Source: a bacterium
Lineage (GTDB): Bacteria; Hinthialibacterota; Hinthialibacteria; Hinthialibacterales; Hinthialibacteraceae
Direction: 5' to 3'
Assembly (NCBI GenBank): GCA_041946805.1
Contig: JBHGBC010000001.1
Coordinates: forward strand, 2,866-66,865
DNA: 64,000 nucleotides
Every line of letters starts with the position of its first letter. Position 1 is the stretch's first letter. The notes under the pieces are model-generated. The model made no database searches. It was not told where the DNA came from and saw only the letters and a program-made list of their open reading frames with translations. Positions 34,044 through 43,150 of the stretch are shown here, piece after piece. Both the position numbers and the translations under genes were made by a program.

Positions 34044-35936
34044 ATGGAGGCAGCCAGGAAAATGCGTTGTTTGTTTCGAGGATGGAGAGGTGTGTTCGTT
34101 GGTTTGGCGATTGGATTCAGCGGCGCTTGGCCGTCGCACGGCGCGGCGATTCCCAAGCTGGATGTCATCCGGTGCGCGGACTACGTGAATTACACGCAAT
34201 TGGCTTTCGAGATCACCGAAAAAGGCGCTCTGGAAACGAAGATCTACCCGTTGCGCACCGGCAAGGCGCCCATTCTGATCGTGGAACTCAAAGGCGTACA
34301 GACGGGTCTGATCAGCAACGACTGCCATCTGGACGGCACTTACATCCGTAAAGCCTCGATTTCCTATAGTTCACACTACGATACGCTCACCGTCACGATC
34401 CCTTGTCATCCCAACGTCAACCTGGAGGGAATGGTTTGGAACGTCTGGGAAGACATGGTGACGGTGGATATACCCCTGTTCGAGCCGAATCACGCCTTTG
34501 TTCCCCCGGTGGACGAAATCCAGAAGCACAAGGAAAAAGGGGGGAAGGTGGTGGTGTTGGATCCCGGCCATGGAGCGTTCCATGACAACGACGGGGGGGA
34601 TTACATCCGGTATCCCCGCCTGACCGAGAAAGAAGTGGTGCTGGACCTGGGCTGGCGGATCAAAAAATTGATGGATCAGGATCCAAAGTTGTTGACTTTG
34701 TTGACCCGTTACGGCGACTATCTGCCGGTGCCTTTCGGTTTGAAGGGCCGGACCCGGGAGGAGTACAAAACCGCATCGTTGAGCTACCGGGTGCAACTGG
34801 CCAAGGAATACCTGGGAGACGCGTATATCTCGCTGCATTTGAACGCCATCTCGGGACCGCGTCAGAAAACCGCCAAGGGCTTCGAGGTGTATTTCCTGGG
34901 CGAAGAACACGCCAATGATCTGGTCAACAATCCGGACGTGGAGGAGTTGAGCCTGCTGGGGATCGAAGAAGAGGGAAAGAAAGACAGTGAGTTGTCGAAC
35001 GTGCTGCTGCTGATGAACAAGGATTACGTACAGCAGCAAAGCATCAACCTGGCGGCCACGATCACCCGGGAGGTGGCGGGGCTGCCCTGGATCACGCTGC
35101 GCGAACGGCCCATGAAATCCCAGCGGTTCGTGGTCTTGCGCCAGTTGGTGATGCCGTCGGTGTTGGTCGAGTTTTTGTTCCGCACGCATCCGCAGGAGCA
35201 CGAATACATCCGGAGCGCCCGCAACCGCAACCAACTGGCGGAAGCGGTCTATAAGGCGGTGAACGCGTTCTTCTTCGAACCGGCGAAGCCTATTCCTCCC
35301 GATATCTATTCACCCCGGCCGGTGGAGATCGCCCATGCCGCGCAGACTCCCACGGTGCAAGCGCCCAAACCGGCGCCCAAGGCGACTCCCGTTCCCAGCC
35401 GCGGCCCCGTGTATCACACAGTCAAATCGGGCGAATCGTTGAGCGCCATCGCCAGCCGGTACGGCGTTTCCACCACCCGCCTGCGCCAACTCAATCCGGG
35501 CAAAATCGACAAGCGCAACCGGATCGACCGGGGGGACCGGTTGTTGATCTCCCAGGGAACCGCCCGCTCCGCCGCGGCCGCACCGGCTAAATCGACCTCA
35601 TCTTCGGAGCCGCGGCATGACATCGTCTTCACCTATACAGTCAAGTCCGGAGACACGTTGGGCACGATCGCCGCGAAATACAGCTCCACCGTGGAAGAGC
35701 TCAAAACCTTCAACCGCAAGCGGTCGATCCAGATCAAGCCGGGAGAGAAGTTGCGGATTCCCGGCCACCGTGATATCCGCCTGGCTTCCGCGCAAACCAC
35801 CGAGTACAAGGTCCAGCGCGGAGATTCGCTGGATGAGATCGCGAAACAATACAAAACCACACCCCAGCGGCTCAAGAGTTTGAACCGCCTGCAAAAATCC
35901 ACCATTCATCCCGGGCAGGTCTTGCGCGTGCGGTGA
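34044..35936 (+). CDS. N-acetylmuramoyl-L-alanine amidase (Amidase_3) with three C-terminal LysM domains
   Basis: Signal peptide. Amidase_3 core (VVLDPGHGA..DNDGG; SLHLNA; GFEVYFLG). LysM repeats YHTVKSGESLSAIASRYGV, YTVKSGDTLGTIAAKY and YKVQRGDSLDEIAKQY. Confidence 0.85.
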   Translation: MEAARKMRCLFRGWRGVFVGLAIGFSGAWPSHGAAIPKLDVIRCADYVNYTQLAFEITEKGALETKIYPLRTGKAPILIVELKGVQTGLISNDCHLDGTYIRKASISYSSHYDTLTVTIPCHPNVNLEGMVWNVWEDMVTVDIPLFEPNHAFVPPVDEIQKHKEKGGKVVVLDPGHGAFHDNDGGDYIRYPRLTEKEVVLDLGWRIKKLMDQDPKLLTLLTRYGDYLPVPFGLKGRTREEYKTASLSYRVQLAKEYLGDAYISLHLNAISGPRQKTAKGFEVYFLGEEHANDLVNNPDVEELSLLGIEEEGKKDSELSNVLLLMNKDYVQQQSINLAATITREVAGLPWITLRERPMKSQRFVVLRQLVMPSVLVEFLFRTHPQEHEYIRSARNRNQLAEAVYKAVNAFFFEPAKPIPPDIYSPRPVEIAHAAQTPTVQAPKPAPKATPVPSRGPVYHTVKSGESLSAIASRYGVSTTRLRQLNPGKIDKRNRIDRGDRLLISQGTARSAAAAPAKSTSSSEPRHDIVFTYTVKSGDTLGTIAAKYSSTVEELKTFNRKRSIQIKPGEKLRIPGHRDIRLASAQTTEYKVQRGDSLDEIAKQYKTTPQRLKSLNRLQKSTIHPGQVLRVR

Positions 35937-35974
35937 CGCGCCGGGACAACATATCCATTCACCCGATCAAATCC

Positions 35975-36008
35975 CACCCCCGGTTGACGCTCGCCGGGGG
36001 TGGTTTTC
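35975..36008 (+). terminator. Rho-independent terminator after the amidase gene (9-bp perfect stem CACCCCCGG/CCGGGGGTG, 10-nt loop, TTTT)
   Basis: Read directly from sequence. It is immediately followed by a TGGTATACT extended -10-like element at 36009-36017 and the radical-SAM gene ATG at 36025. Confidence 0.6.
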
Positions 36009-36024
36009 ATGGTATACTCCTGGC

Positions 36025-37101
36025 ATGTTTGCGAACGGTCCCCGATTGCGATACTTGATTTACTACATCACCTCGCGCTGCAACCTGCGGTGCGAGCACT
36101 GTTTCTATCTGGAGGAATTGAACAAGCATGACGAAATGACCCCGGAGGAAATCGGGCGGGTGGCCCGCGGCGTCCATCCCTTGCCCTTCGTACGGGTGAC
36201 CGGCGGCGAGCCTTTTCTCCGCAAAGACTTGCCCGAAGTGCTCCAGGCCTTTTACCGCCACGCCGCCACGCGGCGGATGGGAATCATCACCAACGGAACC
36301 CGCCCGGCGTGGGTGGAGGAATCGGTCCGGCGGCTGCTGGAACTATGCCCGGAGTTGGCGGTGGACGTGGGAGTCTCGATCGACGGTTTGGAGGCCACGC
36401 ATGACGCCATCCGGAGGCTGCCCGGTTCGTACGCCAAGGCGCGGGAAACAGTGGAGCGGTTGAACGCATGCAAATCCGGCTTGGCCAACCTGTTGACCTC
36501 CATCGTCATGACCGTCACCGCGAGAAACGAATCCCAGCTGGACGAATTGTATGAGGAAATGGCCGGGTTGGGGGTGGACCGGTTGTCCGTCAATCACGTG
36601 CGCGGCAAGGTGCATGATCCCTCCCTGCTGGAGATTTCATTCGACAAGTACCGGGAGTTCGCCGAGCGGTGCGAGCGGTACCACCTGGACCGGGACCGGA
36701 GTTGGAAGGCGGGCGTCCAACGGGCCAAGAACCGCCTGGCGCGCGCGGCCATCAACCAGGTGGCCCGGGGCGAGCCTTCGGATATTCCCTGCCTGGCGGG
36801 ATCGGCGATCGGCGTGCTTTACTCGGATGGGACGGTATCCCTGTGCGAAATGCTGGAAGATGAACTGCCGGCGGGGAACGGCGGAGGCGCGGCCCATCCC
36901 CGCCTGGGTAACGTGCGCGAGACCGGATATGATTTTTATGCCATTTGGAATTCCGAAAACACGCAACGCTGCCGCGAGTGGATCGCCGCGACCCGCTGTT
37001 CCTGCACCCACGAATGTTTCCTGACCGCCAGCATCCTGTTCAATAAGCGCAATTACCCCCGGTTGTTCAAGGAGTGGGTGCGGCAAGGGGTGGGGCGGTA
37101 G
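36025..37101 (+). CDS. Radical SAM enzyme with C-terminal SPASM/twitch-like Cys cluster
   Basis: CNLRCEHCFY (Cx3Cx2C) near the N-terminus, GGEPFL glycine motif, and C-terminal cysteines (CLAGSAIGVLYSDGTVSLCEM ... CREWIAATRCSCTHEC). No precursor peptide ORF is evident nearby. Confidence 0.8.
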   Translation: MFANGPRLRYLIYYITSRCNLRCEHCFYLEELNKHDEMTPEEIGRVARGVHPLPFVRVTGGEPFLRKDLPEVLQAFYRHAATRRMGIITNGTRPAWVEESVRRLLELCPELAVDVGVSIDGLEATHDAIRRLPGSYAKARETVERLNACKSGLANLLTSIVMTVTARNESQLDELYEEMAGLGVDRLSVNHVRGKVHDPSLLEISFDKYREFAERCERYHLDRDRSWKAGVQRAKNRLARAAINQVARGEPSDIPCLAGSAIGVLYSDGTVSLCEMLEDELPAGNGGGAAHPRLGNVRETGYDFYAIWNSENTQRCREWIAATRCSCTHECFLTASILFNKRNYPRLFKEWVRQGVGR

Positions 37102-37122
37102 GTGGCTTGTATTCCAAATGAT

Positions 37123-37248
37123 GGTGGGCCACGCGCCGCTATGAGCCCACCCTGCAACCTGTAGTGAGAGTTGATGGGTTACACGCTGCGCGCGAGCCCA
37201 TCCTGCGTTTTCTTCCCTCACCCTAGCCCTCTCCCAGAGAGAGAGGGG
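37123..37248 (-). repeat. Mosaic hairpin repeat, copy N (reverse: GGTGGGCC..GCCCACC hairpin + GATGGGTTACACGCTGCGCGCGAGCCCATC + reverse core)
   Basis: The GATGGG..CCCATC module is the reverse complement of the copy-A module (about 27 of 30 nt). Core is TTCCCTCACCCTAGCCCTCTCCCAGAGAGAGAGGGG. Confidence 0.7.
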
Positions 37249-37274
37249 ATTTGGAGCTGGTTTTCATCGATCAC

Positions 37275-39998
37275 TCAGCGGGGCCGGGTGGGCCAGGGCG
37301 TGGGGTGGATGTAGAGATGAGAAACGTCGATCACGCCGAGATCCGTCGCCTGGTCCGCGTTGACTTCCACTTCGGACAATATTTCCTGCCCCATGGCTCC
37401 TCCTTCCATCGTATAAAAACAAAACAACTGGTAGCGCCCCGGGGGGACGTTGTCGATCTGAAAGCGTCCCGATTCCGGTTGGGTGGTGGGATAGACCGCG
37501 TCGAAATAGGCCGGGCGGTCCAAATCATTTCCGGTCAGGCGCAGTTCCTTGATGTTGGAATACAAATGGTAGGGGCGGAGCACGCCGTACACGATGCCCT
37601 GGCCTTGGCGGGTCAGGCGGATTTCCAGCGGTTTCACGACGCCGGGAGATTCGAAACCGATTTCCTGACGGGCGTTGACGTAACCCTCGGCCTCGATGGT
37701 AACCAGGTATTCGCCCGGCAGGGGGGCGGAAAACGAAAAGACTCCCGGCTGTCCGGCGTCCCAAACGCCTTCACGGAGGGACCAGTTCAAGAAGTTGGTG
37801 AATTCGGGGAACCGATAACCAAGCGAGGCCTTGAACTCGGTCAGGGGTTGGTTTGTGGCGCCGTCCCGCACCGTGCCGAGAATGCCGCCTTCGGGTTGCA
37901 GGGAAATCAGCAGATCGCGGGAACCCGGTTCCACGGGCACCAGATAGGCGAAGAACGCGCCAGTGGGGAAGATATCCCGCGTGGATCGCAGGGGAAACGG
38001 CCATACGTATTGGGAATCGCCATACCAGGCCATGATCTGTAAGGTGCTGATAGGATAAACATTTTCGATGACAAACCGGCCTTGGGAGTCCGTTTCGGCG
38101 GTCTGGAATTCGGCGCCCATGAGGAGGACCATGGCGCCGCGGGCGGGATTTCCATCAGGGAGCAGGACCGTGCCGGAAAGCATGTCTCCCTTGTGGAGGA
38201 TGAAATTCTCGTTAAGGACTGTTTCTCCGGCGATTTCCACGAAGCGCAGCTGGTATTCATATCCAGGGGCCCGAACGGCCACGGCCACTCCGTTTTGCCC
38301 GTTGTATACCTCTTCAGGAATCGTGGCGGGTACGTGCTCGAGCCGGTAGCGGCCGTCCGGCCCGGAAGTCACGCTGCGCGATTCGGATCGGTCCTTGTAC
38401 ACCTTCATCGTGATCTGGGCCTGGGGGATGGGGTGGTTCATGGTGTCGGAGATCCGCCCTTGGATCGTGAGTCCCGAGGTCAGGATCAGGTCGATGTTCT
38501 CGAGACGGTCGCCTGCGGAAAACTCGAGCCGCCCGCTGAATCCCGCCGCGTAATCGGAGTGGTGGGCCATGATCCGCCCCTGATCCTTGCCTGATTTGGG
38601 GATTTGGCGGAACGGGGCAAGACGAGTGAAGGCGTAATCGCCTTCCGCGTTGGTGCGCACCGGAGGTTGTGCCTGCCCATGGCCGATCCACTCGACCTCG
38701 GCGTTCGCGATGGGCTCTCCTTTCTCGTTCCGGACATGGCCGGAAACCGAACCGAAGGGCTCCAACTCCACGGTCATGTTCTCCAAGCCTTCGATTGGTA
38801 CCTGAACGGGCAGGGAAGCCGGGGCGAAGAGTGCTGTGTCACTGGCGGCCGCGCGCAGGATGTACCGGCCGGGAAGCACCGTCTCGAAAACGAACCGTCC
38901 TTCCGGGCCGCTCTGGGCGCGGGCGGCCTGCACCTGGAAGGCTTGACCCAGGCGGAAATCCAGCAGTTCGACGGGGATGCCGGAGATAGGCTCGCGGGTT
39001 TGTTGGTTCAATACCACTCCGGAAACGGGGACTGGCCGGCTTTCAAGGATCAAGGTCACTTCATGGACGGCATGGGTGATCTTCAGTTCGATTTTTCCGG
39101 GGGGATAGCCGGTGGCTTCGGCCACAAGCGTGGCCGGCTGGGGCGGAATATCCGTGAAATAGAAACGCCCATTGGGCGACACCGGCGCGCGATACAAGAT
39201 CATCCCCCGCTCTCCCCGGCTGGTCAGCGAGACCGCCGCGCCGGGCAGGGGATGGCTCCAGATGTCGAGCACGGCGCCTTCGATCCGGGCGAGCCGGGTC
39301 AGGACGATGGCTTCCTCACGGTCGCCGTCCAGGAGAAGGCTTTTTTCGGAAACCAAGTAATTATCCGCCGAGACCGTGAGGCGGTAATGGCCCGCCGGCA
39401 GTCCTTCGAAGAGGAACGATCCATCGGCGCCGGATTGGGCGTTCCAATGTTGTCCCGGCGTGGCCAGGGTGATTGCGGCGCCCGCGACCGCGGATTCGGA
39501 GGACGACAATACCCGGCCGGAAAGCAAATACACGGGCGGACGCAGGATCAGCGCCACCGATTGCTCCCGGGGAGACGAAGCGGTGATTTGGACCGTGGCC
39601 TCGCTGGGGCTGTAGCCGGCGGCGGCGGCGGAGACACGGAATTCGCCCGGCATGAGGATCATCAAGCCGCATCGGCCCTGGGTGTCGCTGACGGCCGTGT
39701 GAAAATACGGCCGCTCGGAGGTGGAGGACAAGGTCACCCGCGCGCCGGATACCGGTTGTCCCTCCGAATCCGTGATGAGACAGTTCACGGAGTAGGCGGT
39801 GCTGGGGAACAAGTTCGAGGGCGTTGAGGAAACCGGCGTGGCGCGTGGGAGCAAGGGAAGGACCGGCGTGAGCGCCTTGGCGAGTCCCGGCGTGGCGGTA
39901 TCCGGTCCTGAATCCGGCATCCACAGGGCGGTTAAGATCAAAGCGCCCAGACTAAGGATAAACAGTAACGCGAGCAATACCGGCAGAAAATTTTTCAT
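37275..39998 (-). CDS. Large N-terminally anchored protein made of about 9 carboxypeptidase-regulatory-like (CarbopepD_reg) beta-sandwich repeats
   Basis: N-terminal TM helix (MKNFLPVLLALLFILSLGALIL), then repeated units of the form G..V.L......TD..G...L..PG.Y...A.A.GY. Start is most likely the ATG at 39998; the ORF track extends to 40094. Confidence 0.7.
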   Translation of the reverse strand: MKNFLPVLLALLFILSLGALILTALWMPDSGPDTATPGLAKALTPVLPLLPRATPVSSTPSNLFPSTAYSVNCLITDSEGQPVSGARVTLSSTSERPYFHTAVSDTQGRCGLMILMPGEFRVSAAAAGYSPSEATVQITASSPREQSVALILRPPVYLLSGRVLSSSESAVAGAAITLATPGQHWNAQSGADGSFLFEGLPAGHYRLTVSADNYLVSEKSLLLDGDREEAIVLTRLARIEGAVLDIWSHPLPGAAVSLTSRGERGMILYRAPVSPNGRFYFTDIPPQPATLVAEATGYPPGKIELKITHAVHEVTLILESRPVPVSGVVLNQQTREPISGIPVELLDFRLGQAFQVQAARAQSGPEGRFVFETVLPGRYILRAAASDTALFAPASLPVQVPIEGLENMTVELEPFGSVSGHVRNEKGEPIANAEVEWIGHGQAQPPVRTNAEGDYAFTRLAPFRQIPKSGKDQGRIMAHHSDYAAGFSGRLEFSAGDRLENIDLILTSGLTIQGRISDTMNHPIPQAQITMKVYKDRSESRSVTSGPDGRYRLEHVPATIPEEVYNGQNGVAVAVRAPGYEYQLRFVEIAGETVLNENFILHKGDMLSGTVLLPDGNPARGAMVLLMGAEFQTAETDSQGRFVIENVYPISTLQIMAWYGDSQYVWPFPLRSTRDIFPTGAFFAYLVPVEPGSRDLLISLQPEGGILGTVRDGATNQPLTEFKASLGYRFPEFTNFLNWSLREGVWDAGQPGVFSFSAPLPGEYLVTIEAEGYVNARQEIGFESPGVVKPLEIRLTRQGQGIVYGVLRPYHLYSNIKELRLTGNDLDRPAYFDAVYPTTQPESGRFQIDNVPPGRYQLFCFYTMEGGAMGQEILSEVEVNADQATDLGVIDVSHLYIHPTPWPTRPR

Positions 39999-40390
39999 CG
40001 GTTTGAATCCTGCAATCGATCCCTCAAGACGGACGGGCAAGGATGGATCGGAAAATCCGCGGCCGTATCCATGCGGCAGGCCGGGTGGTTGCAATGAGAA
40101 GTTGTCGCATGGAAACAGGATTCAATCAAGATGGATCGAGGAGGGAGGGACCGCGGAGAAGATGCTGGGGTCACCTTAAAAGGCCGTGGACCGAAGGGAC
40201 TCAAAGGACCAAAAGGGTCTGATGGTTATGTAAATCCGCCCTATCCCACGCTTCCCTGGCCGGATCTTCTGAAATCCCGCCCCGTTCCTCTTTATGAATG
40301 ACCTATCCTGATGGATGATGAAACCGGAAACGGAGCGGGATTTTGTTTCGGAACCATTCAGGGAATTAGGAGCTTGCGGGAGCGGCCATC

Positions 40391-40891
40391 ATGGAACTCT
40401 ATCTCATTCGGCACGCGATCGCCGTGGACCGGACAGATCCCGCCGTGCAGACGGACGCGGAACGCTGGCTCACGGAGGAAGGCATTCAAAAGATGGAACG
40501 GGCGGCGAAAGGGATGAAGATCGTGGTCCCTTATCTCGATCGCATTTTCACCAGCCCCTATGTCCGGGCGCGCCAAACCGCCGAAATCATCGCCCGTCAG
40601 TATGGCGAAGAGAACCTCATTACTGAAATTCCCGAGTTGGAGCCCGGGGCCGATTTCCGGGGCCTCGCGCCGCTCCTGAACAAGCAGGCCGCGGACGCCC
40701 GGATCGCCCTGGTGGGGCATGAGCCGGACTTGAGCGAGTGGATTTCGTTGCTGGTGACCGGAACACCGGACGCGGAAATCCAGATGAAGAAAGGGGCGGT
40801 GTGCCGGGTGGATTTGAACGGCAAACCAGTCCGGGGCGCGGGCGTGTTGGTGTGGCTGCTGCAGCCGGCGCAATTGCGGCGGTTGGAGTAA
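40391..40891 (+). CDS. sixA: Phosphohistidine phosphatase SixA (histidine phosphatase superfamily)
   Basis: MELYLIRHAIA (RHG-type catalytic His motif), SPYVRARQTAE, and a C-terminal His (ALVGHEP). Confidence 0.8.
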   Translation: MELYLIRHAIAVDRTDPAVQTDAERWLTEEGIQKMERAAKGMKIVVPYLDRIFTSPYVRARQTAEIIARQYGEENLITEIPELEPGADFRGLAPLLNKQAADARIALVGHEPDLSEWISLLVTGTPDAEIQMKKGAVCRVDLNGKPVRGAGVLVWLLQPAQLRRLE

Positions 40892-40921
40892 AGAACAGCC
40901 CGGCCGGATGCCTGAATCTCC

Positions 40922-42028
40922 ATGATGTTGTCCTCCCTTCTCGCGCGCAATTTTCGAGTGTTCCAAGAAATCAACCTGACGTTCGAACCTGGGATGCAGT
41001 TGTTTCTCGGCCGCAACGCTCAGGGAAAAACCAGCCTGATCGAAGCGGTCCTGTTTCTGGCCACCTCGCTTTCCCACCGCACCCGCCGCGAGGACGAATT
41101 GATCCGCTGGGGCGAAACGGCGGCCTTCCTCCGGGGGATCACGGAAGGGCCGGCGGGGGAGCGCGTGATCGAATGCGGGCTGGAGAAGAAACGTAAAGCC
41201 CTCAAGATCGACGGCAAGCCGCTGCCCCGTGTGGGCGACCTCTACGGCTGCCTGCGGACGGTGCTGTTCGCGCCCGAAGACCTGGCCATCGTGGGGGGCG
41301 GCCCGCTGGAGCGGCGGCGGTTTCTCGACATGGCCATCGCCCAGCTGGATCCCGGCTATATCCCGCTGCTGCAGAACTACCGGCGGGCGCTGCGGCACCG
41401 CAATCACTTGTTGAAGCGGCTGCAAACGGCGCGGGGCGGGCCGGGCTGGCGGGAACTGGAAACCTGGGACCAGCCCTTTGTGGAGTATGCCGTCCAGGTG
41501 GTCCGCCGGCGCGTCGAAACGCTGGAACGCTTGGGCCCCCTGGTGAAGCATTATTACAGCGGATTGGCGGACGACGGCCCGCTGGAGATTACCTACTCCC
41601 CACGCCTGGAACCGGATCCGGAAGCGATCCGGACCTATCTACAAGAGCGCATGATCCGCGGCCGTCCGGCCGAAATCGAACGTGGCAGCACGCTGTCCGG
41701 GCCGCACCGCGACGACCTGCTCCTGGAACTGGCGGGGAAAAACCTGGGTTGGTACGGATCGCAGGGCCAACGGCGGGCGGCGGCCCTGGCGCTACGGCTG
41801 GGTGAAGCGCGCCTGAGTTTCGAGGGAACGGACGAATGGCCGCTGCTTTTGATTGACGATGTGGTATACGAAATGGATAATACGCGGCGGACCCGGTTTT
41901 GGGACCGCATGGAAACGGCCGGCCAGCTGCTGGTTACGGCCACGGAACGCGAACATCTGGGGGCGGGAGTGAAACCGGCCCGTATTTTCAGGGTGGAGCA
42001 TGGATCAATATATCCTGATGGAGCGTGA
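40922..42028 (+). CDS. recF: DNA replication and repair protein RecF
   Basis: FLGRNAQGKTSLIEAVLFLA Walker A, RGSP-like segment, and C-terminal LLLIDDVVYEMD (Walker B / D-loop). Confidence 0.9.
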   Translation: MMLSSLLARNFRVFQEINLTFEPGMQLFLGRNAQGKTSLIEAVLFLATSLSHRTRREDELIRWGETAAFLRGITEGPAGERVIECGLEKKRKALKIDGKPLPRVGDLYGCLRTVLFAPEDLAIVGGGPLERRRFLDMAIAQLDPGYIPLLQNYRRALRHRNHLLKRLQTARGGPGWRELETWDQPFVEYAVQVVRRRVETLERLGPLVKHYYSGLADDGPLEITYSPRLEPDPEAIRTYLQERMIRGRPAEIERGSTLSGPHRDDLLLELAGKNLGWYGSQGQRRAAALALRLGEARLSFEGTDEWPLLLIDDVVYEMDNTRRTRFWDRMETAGQLLVTATEREHLGAGVKPARIFRVEHGSIYPDGA

Positions 42029-42554
42029 CGGTGTTGTCAGTGTGCTGTGGGATGAGGGCGTGACCGCGCCCGAGCGGATGGTGTTGCTGCCCTTCGCGCA
42101 GGAGGTGATTTTCAACCTGAATCAGCAAGGCGTGCAGGTCATCGTGCTCAGCGATCAGAGCGATTGGATTCCCGGGAAGATGGAGCTGGCCGCGCTGGAG
42201 CCCATTCACGCGAAGATGCGGAGTTTGATCGAGGAATTCGGAGGGCGGGTGGCCGACATTCTGGTCTGCCCGAACGCGGAACTGAGCGTCAAGGAATGCC
42301 GGTTTCCCCAGACGGGCCTGTTCCATCTGGCGGCCCGGAAATACGGGATCAAACTCGCGGAAACGTACTTTATCGCCGGACGCCTGGAAAGCCTGCAAGC
42401 AGCCTGGGCGGCGGGTTGCCGCACCGTCCTGGTGCGCACGGGGAAAGCCTTCGAGACGTTACAGGCCCTCCGGGATTCGGCCAAGCAACCGGAAGCCGTG
42501 GTCCCCGATCTGCTCAGCGCCTACACGAGGATATTCGCCGCCAATATCCCGTAA
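42000..42554 (+). CDS. HAD-IIIA GmhB-like (D,D-heptose 1,7-bisphosphate phosphatase-like) protein with substituted catalytic residues
   Basis: Aligns with GmhB (ILMERDGVVSV ~ IFLDRDGTINV; IVLSDQS ~ VVTNQS; CRFPQTGL ~ CRKPHPGM; FIAGRLESLQAA ~ MVGDKLEDMQAA). Nucleophile Asp is Glu, motif III Lys is Phe, motif IV Asp is Arg. Overlaps the recF 3' end by 29 nt (or 11 nt if it starts at 42018). Confidence 0.7.
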   Translation: MDQYILMERDGVVSVLWDEGVTAPERMVLLPFAQEVIFNLNQQGVQVIVLSDQSDWIPGKMELAALEPIHAKMRSLIEEFGGRVADILVCPNAELSVKECRFPQTGLFHLAARKYGIKLAETYFIAGRLESLQAAWAAGCRTVLVRTGKAFETLQALRDSAKQPEAVVPDLLSAYTRIFAANIP

Positions 42555-42850
42555 TGTTTTTTGAGCGCCAACGGCGCGGCCTGAGCATAGCCCGGCGCGT
42601 AAGCCCTGAGATGGTTGCGTGAAAAGTAAACAATCCCCTTTCCCTCCGGGAGAAGGCCTGGGTGAGGGAAAGCCTTTTCGCTTTGTTTTACTTCTACCGG
42701 TTGCGTATATCCTTTCGCTTATCGGTAAAATAAGTCCCTTCAGGGGACGGCTTTATGGCAGCCCAGGGGATCAACCCGGGGCCAATTGCCTCGTGTGTAC
42801 GAGCTCGTGTGTACGCGCTTCCCGGATGAATCCCAAAAGTCTTACAAGGA
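42551..42850 (+). repeat. Mosaic hairpin repeat, copy M (longest: GTAATGTTTTTTGAGCGCCAACGGCGCGG.. left arm + core + GGGTGAGGGAAAGCC + hairpin + GTACGCGCTTCCCGGATGAAT arm)
   Basis: The left arm is about 85% identical to copy J. The right arm GTACGCGCTTCCCGGATGAA is identical to copy I. Begins at the stop codon of the GmhB-like gene. Confidence 0.75.
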
Positions 42851-43150
42851 CGTCATTCCCGCGCAAGCGGAGATCCCAGGGTGTTTTGTCCGATATTTCC
42901 ACGAATAAAACCGTGGTCTCTTATTGTGCCGCCCTCTGAGGCGGACGAGCTGACTTGCCCAGGACGACTTTCGCCCTTCCGGGGCGGAGCACCATCAGCC
43001 CCGGATTGCAATCCGGGGAATTCCCGCGTCCCATGACAACCCATCATGAAAACGACCTCCTTACCGCGAATCGATTGGCGTTCTCCCGAATCATGGGGCA
43101 GGTTCGTGAGGCTCAATCCTCCCCACCGGCTTTCGGGAAGGGTTGACCGG

